DNA from: Alphaproteobacteria bacterium
GTDB taxonomy: Bacteria > Pseudomonadota > Alphaproteobacteria > UBA2136
NCBI GenBank assembly: GCA_047635695.1
Contig: JBLILN010000001.1
Coordinates: forward strand, 140,898-204,897
DNA length: 64,000 nt
Direction: 5' to 3'
Position 1 is the stretch's first letter. The number at the start of each line of letters is the position of its first letter. The translations under genes were made by a program, and so were the position numbers. Below the pieces are notes generated by a model. The model worked only from the letters and a program-made list of their open reading frames with translations, did not search any database and was not told the DNA's origin. This document shows positions 45,899 through 55,068 of the stretch, one piece after another.

Positions 45899-45930
45899 AA
45901 AAAAAAGACCTCCCAAGGGAGGTCTTCTCA
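45899..45930. terminator. Terminator (strong on the minus strand, for the PEP-CTERM gene)
   Basis: GACCTCC-caag-GGAGGTC. The minus-strand reading is followed by T8, the plus-strand reading only by TTCTC. Confidence 0.7.
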
Positions 45931-45945
45931 ATTCGATGTTGTGGG

Positions 45946-46512
45946 TTAGCTTTTGCGAGCCATGTATTTTTTGCGGATAACTAAGCCGATAATAGCTAAA
46001 CCAAACAGAAAAAATGTTGCTGGTTCTGGTACAGATGTCGATGGGCTGTATGTTCCAGAGCGAATATTTTCCCACGTCACGCCAGTGGCGTTGAAGTCAG
46101 TGAAGTTTTGACCAGCGATGCCTCTCATCGACATAGTAACGTCTTGAAATTTAGTGGCACTATAAAAAGCAATTTCTTGATTTCCTGTAAGGTCGTTGAC
46201 AGGGGTGAACATTGTTTCACCAAAATTTAAGTCAAAGCGTGTGATTAAGTTGTAAAAGAAATCAACGTCAGGCACTTCAAAAATAATGACATTTGCTTCA
46301 TTTGCAAGCGAGAAAATTCTATCAAATTGGCCTGCAAAACTAGCATTTGCAGTAAACGTTTCGTTGCCGTGAAGTGTTAAGGTGATGTTGTTGAGGGGGT
46401 CGTAAACGTCCGCAGCGTCAATCATGTGCGTATAGCTTGTGTTAATTAAACCTGCAAAAGCAGATGTGGTTAAAGCAAAAAATAAGCCTAAAGTAAGGAT
46501 TAATTTTTTCAT
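45946..46512 (-). CDS. PEP-CTERM sorting-domain secreted protein
   Basis: Signal peptide present. The C-terminus VPEPATFFLFGLAIIGLVIRKKYMARKS gives PEP, a TM segment and a basic tail. Confidence 0.85.
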   Translation of the reverse strand: MKKLILTLGLFFALTTSAFAGLINTSYTHMIDAADVYDPLNNITLTLHGNETFTANASFAGQFDRIFSLANEANVIIFEVPDVDFFYNLITRFDLNFGETMFTPVNDLTGNQEIAFYSATKFQDVTMSMRGIAGQNFTDFNATGVTWENIRSGTYSPSTSVPEPATFFLFGLAIIGLVIRKKYMARKS

Positions 46513-46752
46513 ATTATGGGTATTCCTATGAGTATCTGGTCAAAACTGACCGTAAAAAAGGTATGAAGGGTGTTTCATCGTGTGTTCAAAAGTATATATA
46601 GGGTAATTGTATGCAGATTTAAAGTCTTTTTTTTTTAAATATGCATTTTTTTTATTTTTCCTTTAATTTTATTGCTTTATATACGTGTTTTCGTTAGTTT
46701 GAGCCTTGTTAAACACATCTTTTACTGTTTTCTCCTTTTATAGGCATTCCAA

Positions 46753-47376
46753 ATGAAAAAACCATCAGTTATCTGGCGACCTTCGCCTAATTTTGGTGAG
46801 CGTTCTTATGAAGGCTTCCCTGTACCCATCAATGCTATTGTCATTCATGGCACCGGCATGAAAACACATCATGACGTTTTACGGCGTCTGCGTGACCCTT
46901 ATTTCGAGGTAAGCGCCCATTACTATATTTCAAGCACAGGAAAGCTTTATCAGCTTGTTAAGGATGAATATAAAGCATGGCACGCAGGCGTGAGCGCTTG
47001 GGGTAATATGCACCACTTAAATTGCAATAGTATTGGTATTGAGCTTTTTAACACCACGGCAGGTAATAAAAAGCCTTACACAAAAGCGCAATATGAAACA
47101 TTGGCGCAGTTGCTTCATTATTTAATAGAAACTTATAAAATACCGCTGGAGCATGTGCTTGGTCATAGTGACATTGCCAGTATCCGTGAAACAAACCACA
47201 GGACAGACCCTGGTATGTTCTTTGATTGGCAATTTTTATACAGAAAAGGCCTTGCAAAACCCTTGCCTCGTTATAAAAACCCAAGCGCCCCTCTTTTATG
47301 GGGCATGGGTTACCGCGGTAGCTATGAAAACCGTATGCGGGCTTATATGTTACGCACAGCAGGCATTTTAATGTGA
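46753..47376 (+). CDS. N-acetylmuramoyl-L-alanine amidase (Amidase_2, AmpD-like)
   Basis: IVIHGTGM, SAHYYIS, AWHAGVSAW, SIGIELFN and GHSDIA...RTDPG. Confidence 0.85.
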   Translation: MKKPSVIWRPSPNFGERSYEGFPVPINAIVIHGTGMKTHHDVLRRLRDPYFEVSAHYYISSTGKLYQLVKDEYKAWHAGVSAWGNMHHLNCNSIGIELFNTTAGNKKPYTKAQYETLAQLLHYLIETYKIPLEHVLGHSDIASIRETNHRTDPGMFFDWQFLYRKGLAKPLPRYKNPSAPLLWGMGYRGSYENRMRAYMLRTAGILM

Positions 47377-47388
47377 TATATCGAAAAC

Positions 47389-47419
47389 AAAAAACCACCT
47401 CAGCTGAGGTGGTTTTTTT
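47389..47419 (+). terminator. Rho-independent terminator
   Basis: CCACCTC-agct-GAGGTGG followed by T7. Confidence 0.8.
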
Positions 47420-47623
47420 ATGCGCTGTGTTTTACCTTATTTCATTTAAAGCTCAAAAATTCATGGGTTTTTATGGGTATTTGTCTCTTTGGTCACAGTG
47501 CTAAGCTATAAAAACCGCCATTTATAGCTGAAATGGGGGCCTATCTGTTACCTTTATACACAAAGTTATCCACAGGCACAGCCTTAGAAATATATACATA
47601 TTTAACATTTTGGTGTTGCTTTA

Positions 47624-47669
47624 TCCCATGGAATCCCATATCATACCATTGTGTCCCAAATACCACCCA
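47624..47669. promoter_or_regulatory. Phased (T/A)CCCA repeats upstream of mraZ: candidate MraZ operator
   Basis: TCCCA at 47624 and 47634, TACCA at 47644, TCCCA at 47654 (exact 10-bp phasing), then ACCCA(C) at 47665. CCCA(C) is the complement of the (G)TGGG repeats with 10-bp periodicity reported for E. coli MraZ. Confidence 0.4.
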
Positions 47670-47762
47670 CGGTTTTTTCAGGGTGAGGGCGCAAAGTTTG
47701 TTGAGGAGCGGTATATTGTTTGGCTTGTTTTATTGAGCTAAACAAATAATGAGGGAGAAGAA

Positions 47763-48227
47763 ATGACGGTATTTCTGTCATCTTATGTAAATGCGGTAGA
47801 CAAGAAGGGACGTGTCAGCGTTCCAGCTTCCTTCCGTGGTGAGATGATAAATCATAGCCGTCAGGTAGTTGTTGTGTATGCTGCGCCAAATGAAGGTTAT
47901 CTCTATGCTTGGGGTTACGATGATTTTGTTCAGTTTGCAGAGCGTATTAAAAAACTACCGCCAATGTCAAAAGAGCGACAGCGTTTAGCTCGAACGATTT
48001 TGGCAGCTGCAAGACCAGTTAATTTTGATGGTGAAGGGCGTATTTTATTGCCAGAGAACTTATTGAAAGAAGCGGGTATTGAAGGTGGAAGTAAAGCCCT
48101 TTTTGCGGGTCAAGGTGATTATTTTACGATATGGAACCCTGAAACATACGAAAGTAAGCAGAAGGAAGACTTTACGCACTACGACGAAGATATTGAAGCA
48201 TTAAGCGCAGGGTGGGATGTTGAGTAA
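47763..48227 (+). CDS. mraZ: Transcriptional regulator MraZ
   Basis: Two SpoVT/AbrB-like halves with DKKGRVSVPASFR and DGEGRILLPENL. It is the first gene of the dcw cluster. Confidence 0.92.
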   Translation: MTVFLSSYVNAVDKKGRVSVPASFRGEMINHSRQVVVVYAAPNEGYLYAWGYDDFVQFAERIKKLPPMSKERQRLARTILAAARPVNFDGEGRILLPENLLKEAGIEGGSKALFAGQGDYFTIWNPETYESKQKEDFTHYDEDIEALSAGWDVE

Positions 48228-49203
48228 TCTTAAACCTACAGTGCATGTTTCAGTCCTTTTAAATGAGGTGGTTGAAAATGCTGGTTCAATTAAAGGTAAA
48301 ACTTTTGTCGATGGTACGTTTGGTGGCGGTGGTTACGCCCGTGCTTTACTAGATGCAGGCGCTGCATTGGTGATTGGCATTGACCAAGACCCACTTGCAA
48401 TTAAGCGTGCAGAAACGATGCAGCAAGAATTCGGAGACCGATTGGTTTTGGTTAACGGGTGTTTTTCTGAGTTAAAAAAAATAACAAAGGAGCTTGGCAA
48501 AAATGAAATTGATGGAATCGTCTTGGACTTGGGTTTCTCTTCTGATCAGTTGGATGATTATGAACGGGGTTTTGCTTTCAAGTATGATGGTCCGCTAGAT
48601 ATGCGCATGAGCAGTTCGGGTGAAACCGCTGCTGATGTATTAGCGAACTATGAAGAAGAAGCGTTGGCGAACATATTTTATAAATATGGGGAAGAAAGGA
48701 AGTCGAGGCCTATTGCGAAATTGATCGTAGAGCGTCGACAAGAAAAACCTTTAAAAACAACGCAAGAATTGGTGGACTTGGTGCAGGAAGTAATACCAAG
48801 TTGGCATGGCCAAAAGAAAAACCCAGCAATGAAGGTTTTTCAGGCCTTGCGTATCCATGTAAACCACGAACTTGAAGAACTTGAGCGAGTTCTTCCAGAC
48901 GCATCGGATATCTTAAATATAGGTGGTCGTTTGTGCGTGGTAACTTTCCATTCCCTAGAGGATCGGTTGGTTAAAAATTACTTCCGTGAGGTAGGGAAAC
49001 CGGTGGCCAAGAATAAATATTCTTCTTCCACAGGGGAAAAAAGTTTTGAGCGAGCACAGCTGCCGGAACCTGCAGGTGAACAAAAGAATAATAAAAAATA
49101 TACAATGGTCAATAGAAAGCCCATATTACCAACAGCGTTAGAGGTTACAGAAAACTCACGTGCAAGGTCGGCTAAGTTGCGTGTATTAGAAAGGATTGTG
49201 TGA
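48217..49203 (+). CDS. rsmH: 16S rRNA (cytosine1402-N4)-methyltransferase
   Basis: HVSVLLNEV, DGTFGGGGYA, DLGFSSDQLD and TFHSLEDRLVK. Confidence 0.93.
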   Translation: MLSNLKPTVHVSVLLNEVVENAGSIKGKTFVDGTFGGGGYARALLDAGAALVIGIDQDPLAIKRAETMQQEFGDRLVLVNGCFSELKKITKELGKNEIDGIVLDLGFSSDQLDDYERGFAFKYDGPLDMRMSSSGETAADVLANYEEEALANIFYKYGEERKSRPIAKLIVERRQEKPLKTTQELVDLVQEVIPSWHGQKKNPAMKVFQALRIHVNHELEELERVLPDASDILNIGGRLCVVTFHSLEDRLVKNYFREVGKPVAKNKYSSSTGEKSFERAQLPEPAGEQKNNKKYTMVNRKPILPTALEVTENSRARSAKLRVLERIV

Positions 49204-49484
49204 AATTTTCCGTACTATTTACAGTTTTGGCTTTTTCCCTTCTTTCTTTTGTAACAATGTTGCATATCAAAACAGATGTCGCACGTTTATACGATGAACG
49301 TGAATATTTATTAGACCAACAACTCACATTTAGAGATTCGATGAAGGTTCAGCAAGCTGAACTTGCGCACCTTACAGGGCCAGACAGGCTAGAGTATTTT
49401 GCTGACTTAGCAGGTATGAGCACGATCGAAGCAAATCAAATTTCACCTATGCAGGCCTCTTACATTTTAGGGGGTCGTTTGTGA
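49200..49484 (+). CDS. ftsL: Cell division protein FtsL-like (small bitopic protein)
   Basis: Assigned by its position between rsmH and ftsI, a single N-terminal TM, and a short coiled region. GTG start overlapping the rsmH stop. Confidence 0.65.
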   Translation: MKFSVLFTVLAFSLLSFVTMLHIKTDVARLYDEREYLLDQQLTFRDSMKVQQAELAHLTGPDRLEYFADLAGMSTIEANQISPMQASYILGGRL

Positions 49485-51166
49485 TCAAGAAAGCCCGCCC
49501 ACGCCGTCGTTTACGTACGCAAGGCAAAAAATCAAAGCAGGCGTTCCTTGCCGAGGTGGCTTCTTTTCGTTCCCTACTTATCGTTCTTCTTGTTTTATCT
49601 GGTTTTATGTTTACAGGCGTTAACCTTGTTTGGTTAAGTTTAGTACCTGTCGATGAGCCTGTGAATAAATTTGCCCGCAGCAACCAAGTAATGCCAAGCC
49701 GAGGTGCTATTTATGACCGTCATGGTGTTTTGCTGGCAACTACATTAAAGGTGCGTTCTTTGTATGCGGATCCTAAGATGATGCTCGATGTGAATGAATC
49801 ACTCATGAAGCTTGCCATCGCTGTACCTTCTCTTAACTTTGAAAGGTTGGCACCACGTTTACAAAATAAAAAAAGACGTTTTGTCTGGTTAAAACGTAAG
49901 TTAACCCCGACACAAGTGAAGGCTGTGAATGATTTGGGTGTACCTGGTGTTTTCTTCCGTGAAGAATTTGCGCGTATTTACCCGCATAAAAACTTGGCGT
50001 CACACGTTTTGGGTACGGTGGATGTTGACGGTAAAGGTATGTCTGGTGTTGAAGGGTCTTATGATGAACAATTGGCTCAAGGCGAAGACGTTCACCTAAC
50101 GCTCGATATACGCTTACAAGGTCAATTACGCTCAACACTCTTAAAAAACATTGACCGTACAGAAGCAAAAAGTTCATGGGGTATTGTGACCAACCCGATG
50201 AACGGTGAAATTTTAGCGCTTTCGAGCCTGCCCGACTACGATCCAAACCATTATGGCACGGCTGAAAAGGCTTCATGGTTGAATAAAGCTGTTTATGGTT
50301 CCTACGAAATGGGGTCAACATTTAAAATATTTACAATGGCGCAGGGTGTCGACCAAGGTTATGTCAATGAAGAAACACCTTTAGATATTCGTAAACCTTT
50401 GCGTGTTGGTAAATACACAATTAATGATTCACACCCACGCTATAAAATTATGACAATGAAAGAAGTGTTTAGACGCTCGTCAAATATTGGTGCCGCAAGG
50501 GTGGCAGACATGTTTGAAAAAGGTTCTCAAGAAGCCTTTTTTGGCGAATTGAATCTACTGTCATCTGTTGATATTGGGCTCAAAGAAATTGGCCATCCAC
50601 GCTATACAAACCGTTGGGGGCGCATTCAAACCATGACACGTGCTTACGGGCATGGGCTTGCTGTTACACCGGTACAAATGATAGGTGCGGTGGGTGCGGT
50701 GGTGAGTGATGGAACGTATAAGATGCCACATATTGTTAAAGGTTTTGAAATGGAAGAGCCTCGTAAAGTGATTGAACCAGAAACAGTTGCCGTTGTGCGT
50801 GACCTTATGACGGACGTTGTTGAAAACGGTACAGGACGTCGTGCTCGTTTAGACGGTTACAGTATTGGTGGTAAAACAGGTACCGCAGAAAAAGCAGAAT
50901 ATGGCCGTTATTCACGTGATAAAAACGTGGCCTCATTTGTAGGGATGATCCCCGTCGATAACCCTCAGTTACTGGCACTTGTTATGGTTGATGAGCCAAG
51001 CGCGCCAGACAATGGCGGTGGTTCAGCCGCGGCACCCGCATTCCGCAACTTTATAAGCCGTGCGGCACCAATGGTGGGTATAAGGCCAGAATTAAACCCA
51101 ATGAATATTAACAGTTTTGAATTAAAGAGAATGGCAGCCAATGAAACTCTCCGAGTTACTCGATAA
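49481..51166 (+). CDS. ftsI: Peptidoglycan D,D-transpeptidase FtsI (PBP3)
   Basis: N-terminal TM and PBP dimer domain. Transpeptidase motifs STFK (GSTFKIFT), SSN (RSSNIG) and KTGT (GKTGTAE). Confidence 0.92.
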   Translation: MIKKARPRRRLRTQGKKSKQAFLAEVASFRSLLIVLLVLSGFMFTGVNLVWLSLVPVDEPVNKFARSNQVMPSRGAIYDRHGVLLATTLKVRSLYADPKMMLDVNESLMKLAIAVPSLNFERLAPRLQNKKRRFVWLKRKLTPTQVKAVNDLGVPGVFFREEFARIYPHKNLASHVLGTVDVDGKGMSGVEGSYDEQLAQGEDVHLTLDIRLQGQLRSTLLKNIDRTEAKSSWGIVTNPMNGEILALSSLPDYDPNHYGTAEKASWLNKAVYGSYEMGSTFKIFTMAQGVDQGYVNEETPLDIRKPLRVGKYTINDSHPRYKIMTMKEVFRRSSNIGAARVADMFEKGSQEAFFGELNLLSSVDIGLKEIGHPRYTNRWGRIQTMTRAYGHGLAVTPVQMIGAVGAVVSDGTYKMPHIVKGFEMEEPRKVIEPETVAVVRDLMTDVVENGTGRRARLDGYSIGGKTGTAEKAEYGRYSRDKNVASFVGMIPVDNPQLLALVMVDEPSAPDNGGGSAAAPAFRNFISRAAPMVGIRPELNPMNINSFELKRMAANETLRVTR

Positions 51167-52562
51167 GAAAATAGAAAATGACTGCGTTGTAACAGACGTG
51201 AAAGATGACTCTCGCCAACTTGTAGCTGGCGATATTTTTGTTTTTGACCGTCGGGTTTCTGACAAAGGGGAGGCCTTTGTTGCACAGGCCAGAAAAGCAG
51301 GGGTTACGGCTATTATTACCAACCTTGACGTGGCGGGTGATGATATTTATACCCTTGAAAATCCTTTTGACGCCATGGCACGTTTTGCGCAAAATAAATA
51401 CCCGCAAATGCCCGCCTTTATTTGCGGTGTAACGGGCACCAACGGTAAAACATCGGTAGCTTGGTTTTATAACTGCATCTTACGTGGTGCTGGTAAAAAC
51501 GTCGCTTCTATCGGTACGCTAGGTATTTACCTTGGCACAGACTTATTGGCAGAAACAGGCTATACATCGCCCACCCCACTTGTGCTTCATAAGCATCTTC
51601 ACGACTTGGCCAAAAAGGGCGTGACGCACTTGTGTATGGAAGTTTCAAGTCATGCGCTTGACCTGCACCGCGCCCATAGCGTGCCATTTAAAGCGGCCGC
51701 TTTTACCAATATAAGCCCAGATCACCGTGACTATCATGGGTCAATGGAGGCTTATATGTTTGCCAAACAGGCACTCTTTACAGAATGTTTGCAAGACAAA
51801 GGTTCGGCTGTTTTAAATATTTTACACCCTGCATCATGGCCACTGGCTTCTATTTGTAAGCAACTTGAAATGGATGTTTTAACCGTGGGGGCAGGACAAG
51901 CAGAATTGGTTGTGAAGCAAAAATCATTATCGGCAGCGGGTATGTTGGTCGAAATTAAGTATAATACTCATGTCACAGAAATAACTCTGCCACTGGTGGG
52001 TGCTTTTCAGGCGGAGAATATGGCGGTTGCCATCGGCCTTGCCTTAAAAAGCGGTCTTTCATGGGCTGAAATTGAAAAAGGTCTTGGCGCTGTTACCAGT
52101 GTACCAGGCCGTATGGAAATGATTGTCGAAGCAGGTAAACCATTGGTGGTTGTCGATTATGCACATACGCCCGACGCCTTAAAAACGGCCATTACAGCCA
52201 TTCGCCCACAAGTTAAAGGGAAGTTATGGACGGTCTTTGGTTGTGGCGGTGACCGTGACAAAACAAAACGTGCCGAAATGGGTAAAATTGCGACAGATTT
52301 AAGCGACATGGTTATTGTAACAGACGATAACCCACGTACAGAAGACGCAGCACTTGTACGAAAAGATATTATGCAAGCTTGCCCAGATGCGTTAGAATGT
52401 GGCGATAGGTCAAAGGCTATTCAGCTTGCCATTGAAAAAGCCAGTGTAGATGATGTGATTTTATTGGCCGGCAAAGGACATGAATCGGGACAATATATTA
52501 ATGGGGAAGTGGTAGCATTCGATGACCGTGATCAAGCTAAAAGATATCTTAGAGGCGCATAA
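51141..52562 (+). CDS. murE: UDP-N-acetylmuramoyl-L-alanyl-D-glutamate--2,6-diaminopimelate ligase
   Basis: GVTGTNGKTS and the Mur ligase core are present. The DNPR motif (TDDNPRTED) indicates meso-DAP specificity. Confidence 0.92.
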   Translation: MKLSELLDKKIENDCVVTDVKDDSRQLVAGDIFVFDRRVSDKGEAFVAQARKAGVTAIITNLDVAGDDIYTLENPFDAMARFAQNKYPQMPAFICGVTGTNGKTSVAWFYNCILRGAGKNVASIGTLGIYLGTDLLAETGYTSPTPLVLHKHLHDLAKKGVTHLCMEVSSHALDLHRAHSVPFKAAAFTNISPDHRDYHGSMEAYMFAKQALFTECLQDKGSAVLNILHPASWPLASICKQLEMDVLTVGAGQAELVVKQKSLSAAGMLVEIKYNTHVTEITLPLVGAFQAENMAVAIGLALKSGLSWAEIEKGLGAVTSVPGRMEMIVEAGKPLVVVDYAHTPDALKTAITAIRPQVKGKLWTVFGCGGDRDKTKRAEMGKIATDLSDMVIVTDDNPRTEDAALVRKDIMQACPDALECGDRSKAIQLAIEKASVDDVILLAGKGHESGQYINGEVVAFDDRDQAKRYLRGA

Positions 52563-52566
52563 AAAA

Positions 52567-53943
52567 ATGGACTATTTATGGACAGTTAAAGAAATAAGGC
52601 GCGCTTGTGGCGTGGCTACTAAAGGTGCTGATGATGAAGTGCACGGTATAAGTATTGACAGCCGTACGGTTAAAAAAGGGGATGCCTTTATTGCCCTTAA
52701 AAATGAAAAAGACGGACACGACTATGTTATAAAAGCTTATGAACGTGGGGCTATATGTGCCATTGTTGAAAAAGAAATTGACTGCCCTATTGCGCAAATT
52801 GTTGTGGCAGATACCTTTAAGGCACTTTATGCCATGGCCGACTATCAACGTAGCCATAGCCAAGGTAAACGCATCGCTGTGACAGGGTCTTGCGGTAAAA
52901 CGTCGGTTAAAGAACTTTTAGCCACAGCGCTCCAATGTCATAAAAGTGAAGCAAGTTATAACAACCATTGGGGTGTGCCTTTAACGTTAGCGCGTATGCC
53001 AAGGGACGCTAAGCAATCCGTTTTTGAAGTGGGCATGAACCATGCAGGTGAAATCGCACCTTTAAGTAACCTTGTAAAACCAGACGTTGCTATTATTACT
53101 AATGTCGCACCTGCTCATATTGGCGCCTTTGATTCTTTAAATGACATTGTCGTTGAAAAAACGGCTATTCTTGAAGGTATGAAAGATAAAAAGAACGTTA
53201 TTGTACCACTTGATCTTTATACAAAATATCCACATTATTTCGCAGAAAAGCCTTATACTTTTTCTTATACACCGAATACACAAGCCAGCAGTTATGCCGA
53301 CGCTGTTCAGTCGGGGTTATCGGGGCAAAATATTGTCGCTAATATTATGGGTGAAATGGTTAGCTTTAGCATCACCTTGCTGGGCGAACACCAGGTGTTA
53401 AACGCCTTAGCTGTTTTAACGGCTGTTAAAGTTGTCGGTGGTGACGTGCAAATGGCGGCGACCAATATGGGCAGCCAACAGGCAGTTGAAGGGCGTGGCC
53501 TCATACATAACATTCACGGTGTACTTTTGGTGGATGAAAGTTATAACGCCAACCCTAAGTCGATGCAAGTTGCGCTTGAAATGTTGAAAAAACGCCCAGG
53601 TATGGGGCGTCGTATTGCTATTTTGGGTCAAATGTTTGAATTGGGTGACAAAAGCAATGACATGCATGCGGCATTGGCACCTTTGTGTGAAGAACTTGAT
53701 ACGGTTATTACAGTCGGTGATGACATGAAAGTGTTGTTCGATCGTTTGCCAAAATCAGTGCAAAAAGTACATTACCCAAGCCAAAGAGAAGTTAATATCC
53801 AAAAACTAGCAACACAGCTTGAAGTGGGGGATATGGTTATGGTAAAAGGCTCTAACGGTACTTTTTGGCAATGGAAATTTGTACCACGCCTAATGAATGA
53901 AATTGAGCGCCTTGCCAGTGTTCTGAAAAATAAAAAAGCTTAG
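52567..53943 (+). CDS. murF: UDP-N-acetylmuramoyl-tripeptide--D-alanyl-D-alanine ligase
   Basis: VTGSCGKTSVKE, EVGMNHAGEI and DESYNANP. Start chosen at ATG 52567, just after the murE stop. Confidence 0.9.
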   Translation: MDYLWTVKEIRRACGVATKGADDEVHGISIDSRTVKKGDAFIALKNEKDGHDYVIKAYERGAICAIVEKEIDCPIAQIVVADTFKALYAMADYQRSHSQGKRIAVTGSCGKTSVKELLATALQCHKSEASYNNHWGVPLTLARMPRDAKQSVFEVGMNHAGEIAPLSNLVKPDVAIITNVAPAHIGAFDSLNDIVVEKTAILEGMKDKKNVIVPLDLYTKYPHYFAEKPYTFSYTPNTQASSYADAVQSGLSGQNIVANIMGEMVSFSITLLGEHQVLNALAVLTAVKVVGGDVQMAATNMGSQQAVEGRGLIHNIHGVLLVDESYNANPKSMQVALEMLKKRPGMGRRIAILGQMFELGDKSNDMHAALAPLCEELDTVITVGDDMKVLFDRLPKSVQKVHYPSQREVNIQKLATQLEVGDMVMVKGSNGTFWQWKFVPRLMNEIERLASVLKNKKA

Positions 53944-53959
53944 AAAAGTGAATTAATTT

Positions 53960-55045
53960 ATGTTTTACAATGTTATTTACCCGTTTGCCGACCAATTTAC
54001 TTTTTTGAACGTGTTTCAATATCTCACTGTACGCAGTGGTGCGGCCTTGGCTACCAGTTTCTTTTTAAGTTTAGTCTTCTTTCCTTGGGCTATTCGTAAA
54101 TTACGTGTTTTGCAAGCGGGACAAAAAACAGTACGTGACGACCACCCTGAAGGTACAACGTCTTCAAAACAAGGGACGCCCAGCATGGGCGGGCTCATGA
54201 TTGTGGCGACATTACTTATTTCCACTCTTTTCTGGACAGACCTTTCAAACCCTTATGTGTGGTTGCTTGTGTCAACGGTGCTTGGTTTTGCCACCATTGG
54301 CTTTGTTGACGATATTTTAAGCTTACGCGGCCATAAAAAAGGTATTCCTGGTAAATTACGCTTGTTGCTAGAAACCATTATTGTGGGCGCCGTTGCTTAT
54401 GCGGTGACTTACATAGGTGCAGAAAATGCAACCAGCCTTTATGTACCATTTTTTAAAGACGTTGTTTTCGAAATGAGCTTATTTGGTTTTATATTCTTTT
54501 CTGTTTTAGTAGTGGTTGGTAGCGCTAATGCCGTGAATTTAACCGATGGCCTCGATGGCTTGGTGAGTGTACCAGCAGCCGTGACGGCGGCAAGTTTCGC
54601 CTTGGTTGCTTATATTGTTGGCCGTGTTGACTTTACCGATTACCTTCATATTCCTTATGTTGCAGGGGCAGGTGAAGTGGCTGTTTTTTGTAGTGCTTTA
54701 ACAGGTTCAATGCTTGGTTTTCTTTGGTATAACGCACCGCCTGCGCGTATTTTTATGGGCGACACAGGCTCGCTTGCTATTGGTGCTTCACTCGGAACAT
54801 CGGCCATTATTTTAAAACAAGAATTTTTGCTGGCGATTATTGGCGGCTTATTCGTGCTCGAAACCGTTTCGGTGATTGTGCAGGTTGTTTCCTTTAAACT
54901 TACAGGTAAGCGTGTGTTCCGCATGGCGCCTATTCATCACCACTTTGAGCATAAAGGCTGGCCTGAATCAACAATCGTTGTACGCTTTTGGATTATTTCA
55001 ATTATCCTCGCACTTGTAGGGCTTGCAACGCTTAAAATTAGATAG
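53960..55045 (+). CDS. mraY: Phospho-N-acetylmuramoyl-pentapeptide transferase
   Basis: KQGTPSMGG, NAVNLTDGLDGL, MGDTGSLA and APIHHHFE. Confidence 0.95.
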   Translation: MFYNVIYPFADQFTFLNVFQYLTVRSGAALATSFFLSLVFFPWAIRKLRVLQAGQKTVRDDHPEGTTSSKQGTPSMGGLMIVATLLISTLFWTDLSNPYVWLLVSTVLGFATIGFVDDILSLRGHKKGIPGKLRLLLETIIVGAVAYAVTYIGAENATSLYVPFFKDVVFEMSLFGFIFFSVLVVVGSANAVNLTDGLDGLVSVPAAVTAASFALVAYIVGRVDFTDYLHIPYVAGAGEVAVFCSALTGSMLGFLWYNAPPARIFMGDTGSLAIGASLGTSAIILKQEFLLAIIGGLFVLETVSVIVQVVSFKLTGKRVFRMAPIHHHFEHKGWPESTIVVRFWIISIILALVGLATLKIR

Positions 55046-55068
55046 ATAAATAGAAAGTACCTTAAATT

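Noticed and set aside
47533-47736. 67-aa ORF upstream of mraZ
   Set aside because: It has no RBS, its composition is odd, and it covers the phased CCCA boxes. The region is more plausibly the dcw promoter/operator.
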